Assembly: GCA_963769935.1 (NCBI GenBank)
Contig: CAVYNY010000014.1
Coordinates: 64,001 to 128,000, forward strand
Reading direction: 5' to 3'
DNA: 64,000 nt
From: an uncultured delta proteobacterium
GTDB lineage: Bacteria > Desulfobacterota > Desulfobacteria > Desulfobacterales > JAFDCJ01
Positions 19,233-29,945 of the stretch are shown here, piece after piece. Position 1 is the stretch's first letter. Every line of letters begins with the position of its first letter. Both the position numbers and the translations under genes were made by a program. The notes beneath the pieces are model-generated. The model saw only the letters and a list, made by a program, of their open reading frames with translations. It was not told the DNA's origin and did no database searches.

Positions 19233-20576
19233 ATGCAACAAGCACTCAAGCAAACGCTGAAGCATGCGGGTGTTAAATTCGTTCGTATTTTATGGTGCGA
19301 CAACGCCAATGTGATTCGTGCCAAGGCCGTCCATGTCGATTACCTGGAAGACCTCATCGACAACGGGGTGGGCATTACGATGGCCCAAATGGCCCTGCCG
19401 GTTATGTATGACAGTGTGGTTGCCGAAACCGGTCTCGGACCGGTCGGGGAAGCACGCCTGATGCCCGACTGGTCCACGCTGACATTTCCGCCCTATGCCG
19501 CCGGCCAGGCGCAGGTTTTAAGCGACATGGTTATCAGCGAAACCGGCCAGGTGTGGGAACACTGCCCGCGGGGTTTTCTCAGACGACAGACCCGGCGCCT
19601 TCAACAAGAGGGGTTGACGCTTCAGGCGGTTTTTGAAAATGAATTTTTTCTGTTGTACAGAAATGCCGCCGGGATTCTGACACCGGCCGACAATACGGTC
19701 TTTTCCGCCACCGGCTCGATGAATCTTCACCGGGTATTTATCAACGATCTCACCGATGCCCTGATTGCCCAGGGTCTCGAAGTCGAAGGCTATTATCCGG
19801 AGTCCGGCCCCGGCCAGCAGGAAGTCAACATACGCTATGCCGAAGCTGCCCGGGCAGCCGACCGCCAGATTGTCTTTCGTGAGGCGGTCCGGGGCGTGGC
19901 CACGCAGCACGGACTGATCGCATCTTTTTTACCCAAGATCCTGGATGACAAAGCCGGCTCCGGATGTCACCTCAATTTCAGCCTCTGGCGCCATGACCAA
20001 AACATCAGCGGTGATCCGCAGCAGGCCACCGGTATCAGCACGGAAGCGGCGGCTTTCATCAGCGGAGTTTTGGAGCACCTGCCCGCCCTGGCCGCCCTCA
20101 CCATTCCCAGCAAAAATTCCTATCGGCGCATCCGGCCGCATTATTGGGCAGGCGCCTTCAGAGCCTGGGGCCATCAGAACCGTGAGGCCGCTGTTCGCGT
20201 GTGTAAAAACAAAACCGGTACCGAAGCCAGGCGCTTTGAATTAAAGACCGTCGATGCCACTTCCAACCCCTATATAGCCCTGGGTGCCTTTATCGCTGCC
20301 GGCCTCGACGGACTGCAGCGCAATCTGGCCCTTCCGGAAGAAACCGCTGTAGATCCCGGATTGATTGCTGAGAATCAACGCCTTGCCAAAGGAATCGATC
20401 TGCTGCCCCAGAATCTGGGACAGGCCCTCGATGCCCTTCGCAAGGATAATCTCCTGCGCGAGGCAATGGGTGAACAACTTGCAGGTTCCTACATGGCAGT
20501 GCGCCGAAATGAATGGGAAAATCTCAAGGACTTGACATTAGAAGAAGAGGTGGCGCTTCTGGCAGAGCGGTATTAG
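19233..20576 (+). CDS. Glutamine synthetase-like protein (probable gamma-glutamyl-amine ligase)
   Basis: FENEF, ESGPGQQE, GSGCHLN, NREAAVR, RFELK, DATSNPY; flap reads HYWAG instead of GYEAP. Confidence 0.9.
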   Translation: MQQALKQTLKHAGVKFVRILWCDNANVIRAKAVHVDYLEDLIDNGVGITMAQMALPVMYDSVVAETGLGPVGEARLMPDWSTLTFPPYAAGQAQVLSDMVISETGQVWEHCPRGFLRRQTRRLQQEGLTLQAVFENEFFLLYRNAAGILTPADNTVFSATGSMNLHRVFINDLTDALIAQGLEVEGYYPESGPGQQEVNIRYAEAARAADRQIVFREAVRGVATQHGLIASFLPKILDDKAGSGCHLNFSLWRHDQNISGDPQQATGISTEAAAFISGVLEHLPALAALTIPSKNSYRRIRPHYWAGAFRAWGHQNREAAVRVCKNKTGTEARRFELKTVDATSNPYIALGAFIAAGLDGLQRNLALPEETAVDPGLIAENQRLAKGIDLLPQNLGQALDALRKDNLLREAMGEQLAGSYMAVRRNEWENLKDLTLEEEVALLAERY

Positions 20577-20660
20577 GTGGATATCAGTTGGTTGTTGTCA
20601 GTTGTCTGTTGTAGATTGTAAAGGAAAAACGTGCCGGCCAAATTCATACTTTATTATTGT

Positions 20661-23045
20661 TCATAGATGCGAACTTTTTTCTTTGCCAAGAGCCGGTGCC
20701 GACGGAAAATAAAGCGAAAAAGTAGTGGCGGCCGCCTGGTGACAGCCGGCGCCGCGATTGCATCGAGGGCACATGCTGATTCGGCCGGGACAGACGTCAC
20801 TGTCCTGCGGCAGAGACGAACAGCGCTTTGATTCCAGTTGGATCTGAAAATTATAGCGCTCCGCGAAGATCTTCATACGCAGCAGATCTGCTCCTTTTCC
20901 CCCGGCATTGAAGTCAAACGGCTTTTTGCTGGCATAGTCCATGGTCGCCCGGTTGGTAAAAAAACCCTCAAAAATGCGAATCTGATTCTCCGGTGTAATG
21001 CCGACGCCGAAATCACGCACCTGCAGCAGCGTCCCTTCCCCCTTTTCCGTCACATTGATTTCCACCCGGCCTTCATCCGGCGTATTTTCAACGGCGTTTT
21101 TCACCAGCCCGTCGATAATTTTGGCCAGCGCTTCCGGCGGCATCAATATGGGCGGCACCGGGTTTAAGCGGTCGACGAGCTCGACCTCGCGGTGGGCAAA
21201 GGCCCGCTTCAGGCATTCCAACCGCCGGCGGACGAACGTATCAAGCCGTATTGATTCAACAGCCGCATCTTTGGCACCATAGGTGTCATCGATATATTTT
21301 CGAATATGCCGCACGATCGAACCTTCCCCGAGCTGCTCGGCCAACAGGGCTTCCAGCTCATCACTGCACAAATCCACCAGATGCGACAGGATGGTTCGGG
21401 TCTTATAGGTTTTGTGCTGGATGATGTCATAGATCTGATACTGCATTTCCAGCAAACGGTCGAGATTGCGACGGGCTCGATCGATGGTCGGCTGCCAGCT
21501 TTCCTGCGGCAGAAATTGAAGTTTTTTCTCCAGCGTCACCAGAGACGTTCGCAGAACGGCGATCGGCGTTTTTAATTCATGCGACAGATGATTGATGACC
21601 TTGTCTTTGGCGCGATTCAGGCTGGACACTTCCAGGTAGGCGCTTTTTAGTTCCCCTGAAAACCTCGCATTTTCTATGGAAAGTACCACGGTTCCTGCCA
21701 GCATGCTCAAAAGATCGACATCGGTCTGGTCAAAGCCGCCTTCTTTCTTGTTGACGGCGCATAAGGTGCCGATAATTCGCTCCTGACTTCTCAGGGGCAC
21801 CAGCAGCAGATTGCGGGTTTGATAGCCCAGCTTTTTATCGCGTTCGATATGAATTTCGGAGTCACCGGAGATGTCGTTCATGATGATGGGCTTGCCTGTC
21901 TTGATTACCTTGCCCGCCACAAGCTCATCGACTTGAAAACGAGCCTCCTTGGCCCTCTGCTGAGTGGCCGTATCGTCATAGGCGGCCCCGCGTAAAAAAA
22001 GCTCCTGTCGCTGTTCATCCAGCAGGATGACGACCCCGCCCTCGGTTTCCATCAATTCCTTGATCACACTGCTCACATAATCCAGCAGTTCATAAAGTTC
22101 CGGATATTCAGGCAGGGCCAGGCTGATGCGAAGCATGGCCTCATTGTTTCGAGCCATACGCTTAACACGGGTGATATCTCTGAGAATCACCAGCACACCG
22201 GCCGGCTGCCCCGCTGCATCTGAAATCACCGAAGCTCGCCAGACCACATCCAAACAGCGTCCGTCTTTGGCAAGCCGGCGCGTTTCATAGCGGCGAATGA
22301 CTTTTTCCTCGAAAAGCTTGTGAAGATGTTCACGGGTTTCGGCCTCCAGGTCAGGCGGCACATAAGGAACCCGCCGGCCGTGCAATTCTTCCAGCGTCCA
22401 GCCGAAGGTTTCGGTAAAAGCCGGATTCAGATAGGAAACCAGACCATCTACGGTGAACACGAGTATCGAATACGGTGCGAAATCAAGCAACGTACGCGAA
22501 CGCTGCTCGGATTTTAAGCGGGCCGCCTCGGCGCGTCGGCGTCCGGTGGTGTCCTGCAGCGTTTCCAAAGCACCGAGTACCTTTCCTGCCGAATCCGTTA
22601 AGGGGGCCGCTGTAAAAAACAGCCAGCGGCCGCCGTCACCGATATCCGGGAAAAAGTCTTCCGCCTCATAGGCCCCATTCTTGACAGCCGATGGGCGGTA
22701 CTTGCCACGGTAGTACTGCGCAATCTCCTCCTCGGGTGCGCCGTCCACGATCAGATCGGCCATGGTGGGCCTGGCGGCGCCATAAAATGCCTTCCAGGCG
22801 TCCCGGGTGCCGATGATTTCATCACAGGCGATACCGGTCAAATTCTCCAAAGCCGGGTTGTAGTGCGTGACGATATGGTCGTTGTCAAGGACGAAAACGG
22901 GAATCGGAAAACATGCAATAATTTGACTCAGCCGCTCCTGAAGCCCCCGCAGGGCGTTTTCTCTTTGCCGGTGTCCGCTGATTTGTTTTTGCAGGGCGTC
23001 GATTTTTTTTTGCAGCGCTTCATCATATGATGGCCTTTGAGCCAT
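20661..23045 (-). CDS. PAS-PAS-GAF sensor histidine kinase
   Basis: Two PAS domains, GAF (LLLVPL...IIGTLCAVNK), HELKTP, KNAVENT, DFGVGI; Cys-rich C-terminal tail. Confidence 0.92.
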   Translation of the reverse strand: MAQRPSYDEALQKKIDALQKQISGHRQRENALRGLQERLSQIIACFPIPVFVLDNDHIVTHYNPALENLTGIACDEIIGTRDAWKAFYGAARPTMADLIVDGAPEEEIAQYYRGKYRPSAVKNGAYEAEDFFPDIGDGGRWLFFTAAPLTDSAGKVLGALETLQDTTGRRRAEAARLKSEQRSRTLLDFAPYSILVFTVDGLVSYLNPAFTETFGWTLEELHGRRVPYVPPDLEAETREHLHKLFEEKVIRRYETRRLAKDGRCLDVVWRASVISDAAGQPAGVLVILRDITRVKRMARNNEAMLRISLALPEYPELYELLDYVSSVIKELMETEGGVVILLDEQRQELFLRGAAYDDTATQQRAKEARFQVDELVAGKVIKTGKPIIMNDISGDSEIHIERDKKLGYQTRNLLLVPLRSQERIIGTLCAVNKKEGGFDQTDVDLLSMLAGTVVLSIENARFSGELKSAYLEVSSLNRAKDKVINHLSHELKTPIAVLRTSLVTLEKKLQFLPQESWQPTIDRARRNLDRLLEMQYQIYDIIQHKTYKTRTILSHLVDLCSDELEALLAEQLGEGSIVRHIRKYIDDTYGAKDAAVESIRLDTFVRRRLECLKRAFAHREVELVDRLNPVPPILMPPEALAKIIDGLVKNAVENTPDEGRVEINVTEKGEGTLLQVRDFGVGITPENQIRIFEGFFTNRATMDYASKKPFDFNAGGKGADLLRMKIFAERYNFQIQLESKRCSSLPQDSDVCPGRISMCPRCNRGAGCHQAAATTFSLYFPSAPALGKEKSSHL

Positions 23046-23170
23046 ACCCGAGAACCTCCTGCGGGGTGTTTTGGATTAAATTCACAAGAGCCGAAGTCGT
23101 TTAAACAGTATTCCATTTTTCCGTGGGAAGCTTCGCCTGATCGGAACAGCAAACCGCATAGGCTAAGCAC

Positions 23171-24544
23171 TTATCGACCCAACTCTTCTAAAATCATACC
23201 ATAGGCCTTCAGCCCCCGCTTAAAACTGCTGATCCGAAAGAACTCATCCGGCGCGTGCAGATTTTCATCTTCGAGACCAAAGGCAAAATTCACCATATAG
23301 GCATCCAGGGATTTCAAAAACAAGCCGGACACCGGAATGGTGCCTCCCGTTCGGGCAATATAGGGTTCTTTTCCATACAGCTCTTTTAAGACGATCCGGG
23401 CCGCCTGGTTGCCGGGGTGATCGAATGCAATCAGGAAGGGATCGGCAGAGCCGGCCAGCTTTTCTACGGCGGCGGTCGTACCGGCCGGCACATGTTTGGC
23501 CACATGAGCACGAATTAATTCGAATATTTTACCCGGCTTCTGATCGGGCACGAGGCGGCAGGTAATTTTGGCATGCGCTTTAGCCGGGATAACGGTCTTG
23601 ATGCCTTCGCCCTGAAAGCCGCCCCAAATGCCGTTCACTTCCAGTGTGGGACGCACCCAGGCCCGTTCATAAGTCGAATAACCGGCTTCGCCAAACAGCT
23701 GGGTCACCCCTATCTCCCGCATGTACTGCGCTTCATCATACGGAATAGCGGCGATCTGAGCCCTTTCTGAATCCGTAAGCTCACGCACCGCATCATAAAA
23801 ACCTTCGACTAAAATGTCCCCCTGGGGGCTGCGCATTGAAGCGATGAGACGCGCCAGGGCGTGGATGGGATTTTGAAATGTACCGCCGTAGGTGCCGGAG
23901 TGAACATCCTGCGCGGCGCTTTGCAGATCGATTTGCAGGGCGCACAGTCCTCTGCGTCCGATATTCAAGGCGGGCTGATCTTCCTCCCACTGCCCGCCGT
24001 CGGCGCTGAGCACCATGTCGCAGGCCAGCAGATCCTTATGCGAGGCAATAAAATCGGGCATCTGCGGACTGCCGATCTCCTCCTGGCCTTCAAAAAAGAA
24101 TTTGACGTTTACGGGCAGACGGCCGCCGGTCTTCAGCATGGCTTCGGCGGCCAGGATCGGTATGAGCATATTGCCTTTATCATCGGACGCCCCCCGGGCA
24201 TAGATGCGATCATCCCTGATCACGGGCGCAAACGGCGGTTGGGTCCACAGTTCCAGCGGGTCCACCGGCTGGGTGTCGAAATGGCCGTAGATTAGAACAG
24301 TGGGTTTATCAGACGCCTGGAGCCGCTGACCGTAAACGACGGGGTGGCCTTCAGTGGGTAGAATCCGAACCTCTTCCAGGCCGGCTGTCTTCATGCGCTC
24401 GGCTACCCACCCGGCTGCCCGTTTGACGTCGGCGGCATGTTCGGGTAAGCTGGAAATGCTGGGGATACGAAGAAAATCGAAAAGTTCATCCAAATAGCGG
24501 GAAGTGTTGTCTGCCAGATACGCTTGCCAGTCGGTCATGGTCAT
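23171..24544 (-). CDS. M20 family dipeptidase
   Basis: AGGAGG RBS before MTMTDW; YGHFDTQP, ARGASDDKG, EGQEEIGS, HAPDE. Confidence 0.93.
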   Translation of the reverse strand: MTMTDWQAYLADNTSRYLDELFDFLRIPSISSLPEHAADVKRAAGWVAERMKTAGLEEVRILPTEGHPVVYGQRLQASDKPTVLIYGHFDTQPVDPLELWTQPPFAPVIRDDRIYARGASDDKGNMLIPILAAEAMLKTGGRLPVNVKFFFEGQEEIGSPQMPDFIASHKDLLACDMVLSADGGQWEEDQPALNIGRRGLCALQIDLQSAAQDVHSGTYGGTFQNPIHALARLIASMRSPQGDILVEGFYDAVRELTDSERAQIAAIPYDEAQYMREIGVTQLFGEAGYSTYERAWVRPTLEVNGIWGGFQGEGIKTVIPAKAHAKITCRLVPDQKPGKIFELIRAHVAKHVPAGTTAAVEKLAGSADPFLIAFDHPGNQAARIVLKELYGKEPYIARTGGTIPVSGLFLKSLDAYMVNFAFGLEDENLHAPDEFFRISSFKRGLKAYGMILEELGR

Positions 24545-24632
24545 GTCCTCCTTTAGTTGAAATCCAAATTTACATCGGTGATTCAGGCCCCGAACTTTTA
24601 CAATATAATCCCGATTTATAAATAGTAAAACG

Positions 24633-24663
24633 AAAAAAGGCAGCGCCGGATGGCGCTGCCTTT
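24633..24663 (-). terminator. Rho-independent terminator after the FG-GAP gene
   Basis: AAAGGCAGCGCC/GGCGCTGCCTTT stem with a 4-nt loop, ending in a T6 run on the minus strand. Confidence 0.8.
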
Positions 24664-24782
24664 CTTCTTTCAAAAAGTGATCGCTGAAAGTCTACCGTCT
24701 TAATCGTGCCGCGGCATTAGCCTGACGGCTCCATGCTGTATTTAATGCCGGTTATCTTCGCTTGGCACGGCATTTGACGTTT

Positions 24783-26690
24783 CTAGAATTTTCCCTGGTG
24801 AAAACTATTCGTTAAAAAGCCCCATCGCCTGAACTTCTCGCAAGCCTTGATTGACCCTGCGCCCGCGAAGTCGGCCAGGCCGCCATTCACAAAGATCTTG
24901 CCCTCCACGGCTAAGACGGCGTTATCATTGGGACCGCCGATGGCTTGGACGACGGCCTGCCGGTTAAATTTTACGGCAGCCACATTCATGCGGTGCCAAA
25001 TTTTGCGCCAGAGTTTGGCCAGAAAGGTATGCCGGTATTCCTGCGATGCCTCCTTTATATCAGAAGTGCCGATGCCGAGAGTGATGCTGTCGCGCGCGAT
25101 CCGGGCAGCTTCCATGCCGTCCGGCACCTTGATGGTCGCCAGAACCCATTTATCCCTGCTCTTCAGATCCAGCGGATTGGGAGAGAATTTGACCGTGACC
25201 GGCACCGGCACAACCTTAAACGTGGTCGAAACACTGGTAAAGGCTCCTTTATCATCCGTAACCGTTAAACTCACAGTATAGTCGTTCGCGTCATAATAAG
25301 TGCGGTCAAAACTGCCATCGGAAGAGGTTTGATCGCCGAAGTCCCACAAATAGGTGGCAATCGATGCATCCGCATCGGGATCGCTGGAATCCGTTCCGAC
25401 AAATTCAACTTTTTGGCCGGCCATGACTTGCGGAGGGTTGCTGACGACTTCCTGGCCCGCGACCATAATTTTGATCACGGCAACCGGCGGTTGGTTCGGT
25501 TCGTAAGGCGGGGCAGCCACGGCCAAAAGGCTCGACTTGGACTCGCACGGATAAATATCGGCCTGACCGTCCTGATTCAAATCCGCAACGGTGAATCCCT
25601 TTTGGCCGTCCCCCAGGTCGGCACCGCCTAACAACACGGCAACCCCTTTGCCGGACTCTGTCGCGGCTCCGGGTCCGTAACCGGCTACAACCAGGTCCTG
25701 CCAGCCATCGCCGTTAAAGTCAAAGTTGTCAATAGCCGGCTGGGTGGAAAATTCAAACCCGGCAAATACGGCCGGCTCAGATTCAAAATCTACGGGAGGA
25801 ACTGCTCCCTCGGGAGAGACTGCTCCCTCGGCGGGGGCTTTCCCCTTATAAACATACAGAGAATCTTCGTTGACCGCCGCGAAGTCCACCAGACCGTCAC
25901 GGTCAAAATCGGCCGCGGCGACGCCGGACACCGCCTCCCCGTCAGCGGGGTTAAAGGTATAGGTTACGAAATTGCCTGTACCGTCGCCTAAATAAAAATA
26001 ATACTTATCCGGCGAATTGCCGGGGGCGACAATAAAATCGGCGTGCCCGTCGTTGTTGAAATCGGCCGTATCGACACCGAATGAATTCGCAGGTTTGCCG
26101 GAAGTTAGCGTGACACTCGTAAATTCCAGCGGAATGTTGATGGTGTTGGTCGTGGTGTTGCTCAGATACACCATCATCACCGCACTTTTGAGCGGGGCCA
26201 TGACAAAATCGGCAATGCCGTCCTCATTGAAATCGGCAGCCGCCATGCCGCCGGCATAGCATTTCTCTCCCTCCAGTCCGGCCCATGTCGCTACGGATAC
26301 CGGATCTGCAAACTGATACTTATATTTGACGGAATCGCCTTGGCCCTCATTGACGGCGATTTTGCCCTCATTGAGGGAGATGTAAATGCTCCCGGTTTTA
26401 AAGCCTAATCCCGTAACGTAATCCAGGTCGCCGTCTTTATCGAAATCGCCGAGTGCATTCCCATAGCTGTTTTTATAAGGCAGCGAAATATCCGTGTTCC
26501 CGGTCAGCTGCAGGACCTGCGGCGAATCGAATTCACCATTGCCCTGGCTGACCAGGTAAAAGGCATCACCCGGATTAGAATTTGAGACGACGGCAAACAC
26601 CCCATCGCCGGCCAAGGCCGAAGCCGCCAGTGACACCGCAAAAACCATACCCACCAGGATACTCAATACACCCCAGGATTTTGGTCTCAT
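24783..26690 (-). CDS. Secreted FG-GAP/VCBS repeat protein with a PKD domain
   Basis: Signal peptide; repeated DFNxDGxxD motifs; PKD (SSDPD...YLWDFGD...YTVSLTVTDDKG). Confidence 0.9.
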   Translation of the reverse strand: MRPKSWGVLSILVGMVFAVSLAASALAGDGVFAVVSNSNPGDAFYLVSQGNGEFDSPQVLQLTGNTDISLPYKNSYGNALGDFDKDGDLDYVTGLGFKTGSIYISLNEGKIAVNEGQGDSVKYKYQFADPVSVATWAGLEGEKCYAGGMAAADFNEDGIADFVMAPLKSAVMMVYLSNTTTNTINIPLEFTSVTLTSGKPANSFGVDTADFNNDGHADFIVAPGNSPDKYYFYLGDGTGNFVTYTFNPADGEAVSGVAAADFDRDGLVDFAAVNEDSLYVYKGKAPAEGAVSPEGAVPPVDFESEPAVFAGFEFSTQPAIDNFDFNGDGWQDLVVAGYGPGAATESGKGVAVLLGGADLGDGQKGFTVADLNQDGQADIYPCESKSSLLAVAAPPYEPNQPPVAVIKIMVAGQEVVSNPPQVMAGQKVEFVGTDSSDPDADASIATYLWDFGDQTSSDGSFDRTYYDANDYTVSLTVTDDKGAFTSVSTTFKVVPVPVTVKFSPNPLDLKSRDKWVLATIKVPDGMEAARIARDSITLGIGTSDIKEASQEYRHTFLAKLWRKIWHRMNVAAVKFNRQAVVQAIGGPNDNAVLAVEGKIFVNGGLADFAGAGSIKACEKFRRWGFLTNSFHQGKF

Positions 26691-27199
26691 TTTTTCCCAT
26701 CCTTTTTTAATGAGTTAGTGTTAACCTCCATCCCCGGATGCTGCCTACCCCCTTTTAAAATCAGCAGGCATCAACGGAAATCATTCCATCACAAATAAAT
26801 TTGGCACCCCCCCATTTATGGTGTACTGTCCGGCTTTCCCCCTCAAGAATTCCGGACCGGGCTGTTTTTTGATCAGTCTTGTAAAACAACCCTGCCTGGG
26901 CATTTTGCAACATCCATTCCAACTTAAAGATTTAAAATTTTTCGCTGATTTTTGGTAATAATTCAAGCCCCTTGTGTCGGGGTCGCCGCCAGGATGACGG
27001 TCTTACCAAGCCCGGGAGGTGCCAATTATTGTCAGTTCAAGTAACATTTTGCGTTCACAGCGGCCGGCGCACAGCCGCGAGACAAACGTATTGTGGTTGA
27101 CTTCAAAAATGAGGGTGTGTTAAAAAATTGGGCGTTCAAAGGTCCGCTGAAATGCCGATGAAAAAATTGGGAGCCCAGTAAGGAGAAAAATACCACCTC

Positions 27200-27559
27200 A
27201 TGACAGCTAACGAAAGAACGCGGTATTCACCATTTGATGAGGCCTGCCGGTATATCTTGTATGAAAATCCCGAGGCCATCGGGGTTGCTTATAAAGTATT
27301 GAACTGCGGCTGTGCCTTGATTTGCTGCGCGTCGGTCGGAGGCGATCCGATTGGCAGCCTGCAGCATGTTTCCGGTCAATCGGTGAAAAAAGGCAAAAAA
27401 TCGCCCATTTGTCTGAAATGCCGCCAGGACAATGGATTCGACCGGGTGGTCTGGGAGGGCATATACTGGCCCGGTTCACAAAGTGAATGGCCGGATAAAG
27501 ACTTAAGAATATCAATCGGCCGGAAAGTTTTCGGCCCCGGTTATATGGAGCCTGACTAG
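27200..27559 (+). CDS. Hypothetical Cys-containing protein
   Basis: AAGGAG upstream; CGC and CLKC motifs. Confidence 0.75.
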   Translation: MTANERTRYSPFDEACRYILYENPEAIGVAYKVLNCGCALICCASVGGDPIGSLQHVSGQSVKKGKKSPICLKCRQDNGFDRVVWEGIYWPGSQSEWPDKDLRISIGRKVFGPGYMEPD

Positions 27560-27641
27560 AAAAGCAGGCCTGCCGGCACCGGTTGAAACCAGAGTTTCCG
27601 AGTTAAACCCATCTGGTGTAAACAAAGGCCTTATTGTTTTT

Positions 27642-28097
27642 TTACAATCTGGCCCCTGAAAAAATGTGAAATAAAAGATAGTACAATCCAGCGGAGATCA
27701 GCAGAAAACCTGCCGTTAAGCCGACAAACAGGCTGCGATTCACATGCCGCCCTCTTTGCTGCTCTTTTTCTTCAAGATAGTTTAATGCGCTGTCGACAAC
27801 AACCCGGCGGTAGGTGTAAAGCGTCGGTTTTCTGCAGTGCGGACACAACTCCAAATACTTGGCCATATTTTTGGTGTCGTAGTGGTACCGGCTTATATAT
27901 CTCTCCGGCGTGTCAACGGTTTCATCGATCTTCCTTTTGCGCCGGTCTTCCAAGTAAACCAGGGTATCGTCCTTTTTAACATTTTTATCGTTTTTATCAT
28001 TCAGGACTTTGCCGCCGCTCTTAATTTCTTCCACCGGCAGGGCTGCATACTCGACGCCGGCTTTTTTCTCTTCGGTATAAATTAATTTTCCTTTCAT
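27642..28097 (-). CDS. Hypothetical protein with a CxxC motif and C-terminal TM helix
   Basis: AGGAGG RBS before MKGKLIY; CPHC; hydrophobic C-terminus. Confidence 0.75.
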   Translation of the reverse strand: MKGKLIYTEEKKAGVEYAALPVEEIKSGGKVLNDKNDKNVKKDDTLVYLEDRRKRKIDETVDTPERYISRYHYDTKNMAKYLELCPHCRKPTLYTYRRVVVDSALNYLEEKEQQRGRHVNRSLFVGLTAGFLLISAGLYYLLFHIFSGARL

Positions 28098-28180
28098 AGC
28101 TCCTCCTTTTGTGACCCCCGTCAAAAATATAGCTGATAGATTATGTTTATGGTTTGAAGAATAAATTTTAACCTGAACGT

Positions 28181-28196
28181 AGCAGCAATCGTGCCA
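28181..28196 (-). promoter_or_regulatory. Sigma54 promoter
   Basis: TGGCAC-GATTG-CTGCT upstream of 28097. Confidence 0.6.
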
Positions 28197-28329
28197 GGCT
28201 GGAGCTATAGATATAATTTGATTTAATTCAAGCAGGTTAAACCTGAAATACGAATTTCAGAATGAGCTTATGGATCGGCGTTTTCAGTAAGAAATTGGGA
28301 AATCGATTTCACATTTGGAAACATTTTAC

Positions 28330-28785
28330 CTAATTGGCAAATTTCTGCAGATGCTTGATATGAAGATATTCTTCATCAATTATTTTTTGTAATTGTTGCA
28401 GGGCAATGGGGTCCTCGACAAAAGGCTCGAGCACCTTATAAAATATCACGGAATCTTTTTCAAATTCGAGGAACACGGTAATCAGGTCATCCATATTTTT
28501 AATGGAAGAAAAGTCAACCTCTTTGAGCGAGAAATTCTGATTCCCCAGCAGATCATCGAAAAGCTCGCGACTCATCTCTTCCACAAAGGGATTCGCCTGC
28601 TTTGTTTCTAGGTTAATTTTCAATTCCGAAAAAAATCCGGCATGCTTCACTTCTTCGGCGGCCATCCATTCCAGCAAAGAGACAAGCTCCGGCTTTTTTA
28701 CCATGGCGATGGCGCTGCGATAAACCGCTTCACCGTTTTTCTCCAGCTTAATCGCCATATTCAGAAGTTCCTTAGCTGTAAACAA
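28330..28785 (-). CDS. Ferritin-like/rubrerythrin family protein
   Basis: AIKLEKNG, EEVKH, FEKDSVIFY, EEYLH di-iron ligands. Confidence 0.9.
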   Translation of the reverse strand: MFTAKELLNMAIKLEKNGEAVYRSAIAMVKKPELVSLLEWMAAEEVKHAGFFSELKINLETKQANPFVEEMSRELFDDLLGNQNFSLKEVDFSSIKNMDDLITVFLEFEKDSVIFYKVLEPFVEDPIALQQLQKIIDEEYLHIKHLQKFAN

Positions 28786-28869
28786 AGTACTTTACTCCTT
28801 TTTTGCAGTTTACCGTACCGGGAAAAGTAATCCAAACCATAGGGTAAAGTCAATATCTATCATTTTTAT

Positions 28870-28898
28870 TTGACTGCCCCCAAGCATACTGCTATTCT
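28870..28898 (+). promoter_or_regulatory. Sigma70 promoter, likely leaderless transcript
   Basis: TTGACT-N17-TATTCT ending 7 nt before ATG 28906; no SD. Confidence 0.55.
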
Positions 28899-28905
28899 AC
28901 ACCAC

Positions 28906-29817
28906 ATGCAAACCGGCAACTCCAATCACTCGAGAATCAGACCGGCGGCCACGGTTATCCTCACTCGCCATCAGGCCGGAAAGCTTCAGGTGTACCTGCT
29001 CAAACGCAGCCCGCAAAGCGGGTTTATGGCCGGATATTTTGTTTTCCCCGGGGGTACCGTAGATAGTCTGGATCGGCACTTTGGCCTTTTCAGCAACCAT
29101 TGTGATATGACATCCCGTGAAATTTCCGCACGTTTTGGCTCGGAACTCTCAGAGGAACAAGCCCTGGCTTATTGTGTTGCCGCTATTCGTGAGACTTTTG
29201 AGGAAGCCGGGGTGGGCCTATTCCACCGGAACGATCCGCCGGCCGCCGACCTGGAGCGTATCAACCATTTGCGATTTTCGACCGGACTTGAAAAAAACTG
29301 GCTCCAGAAACTTGTCGCTGAGGGCAGCTGCCGCCTTACATTAACAGCACTTTCACGGTGGGCTCATTGGGTAACCCCCGAATTGATGAAACGCCGTTTT
29401 GACACCCGATTTTTTCTGGCCGCAATGCCCTCCAGTCAATTTTGCCGGCCGGATGAAAATGAAACTGTCCAGGGGGTGTGGCTGAGCCCCGGGGAAGCTC
29501 TGGCGGATAATATGGCAGGCGCAATTCCTTTGAGTCCACCGACCCTGGTTACATTACATGAACTTTTGAAATATACCAACGTAAATAATCTGCAAGCCGA
29601 AAACCACCGCCGACCCTGGGGTCGGTCGCGCTTACCCCGTCTGGTGCCGCTGCCGCAAGGCGCGGTCATTGTCCAGCCATGGGACCCGATGTACAATCAA
29701 GAAGTAATTATCACTGATCCTGCAAGCCTGCCGGCCGCGGTCCTGCCGGTCGGCAAATCTTTTTCCAGGATCTGGTGTGATAACGGCATCTGGAAACCGA
29801 TTGGGCTTAAAAATTAA
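28906..29817 (+). CDS. NUDIX hydrolase (NUDT19-like)
   Basis: RPAATVIL, FVFPGG, AIRETFEEAG, HWVTP, RRFDTRFF, LSPPT. Confidence 0.9.
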   Translation: MQTGNSNHSRIRPAATVILTRHQAGKLQVYLLKRSPQSGFMAGYFVFPGGTVDSLDRHFGLFSNHCDMTSREISARFGSELSEEQALAYCVAAIRETFEEAGVGLFHRNDPPAADLERINHLRFSTGLEKNWLQKLVAEGSCRLTLTALSRWAHWVTPELMKRRFDTRFFLAAMPSSQFCRPDENETVQGVWLSPGEALADNMAGAIPLSPPTLVTLHELLKYTNVNNLQAENHRRPWGRSRLPRLVPLPQGAVIVQPWDPMYNQEVIITDPASLPAAVLPVGKSFSRIWCDNGIWKPIGLKN

Positions 29818-29855
29818 GATGATTTTAGTCTGTTAAGATATTAGTTTCCCGAATT

Positions 29856-29945
29856 GACACGAATAACCACGAATTCTGGTAGTAGGCAAAAGCGGGGGCA
29901 TTTATATTGTAAAATAAATTCGTGAATGTTCGTGTTAAGTTGTGG
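29856..29945. repeat. Short intergenic inverted-repeat element
   Basis: ACACGAATAACCACGAATT ... AATTCGTGAATGTTCGTGT. Confidence 0.6.
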
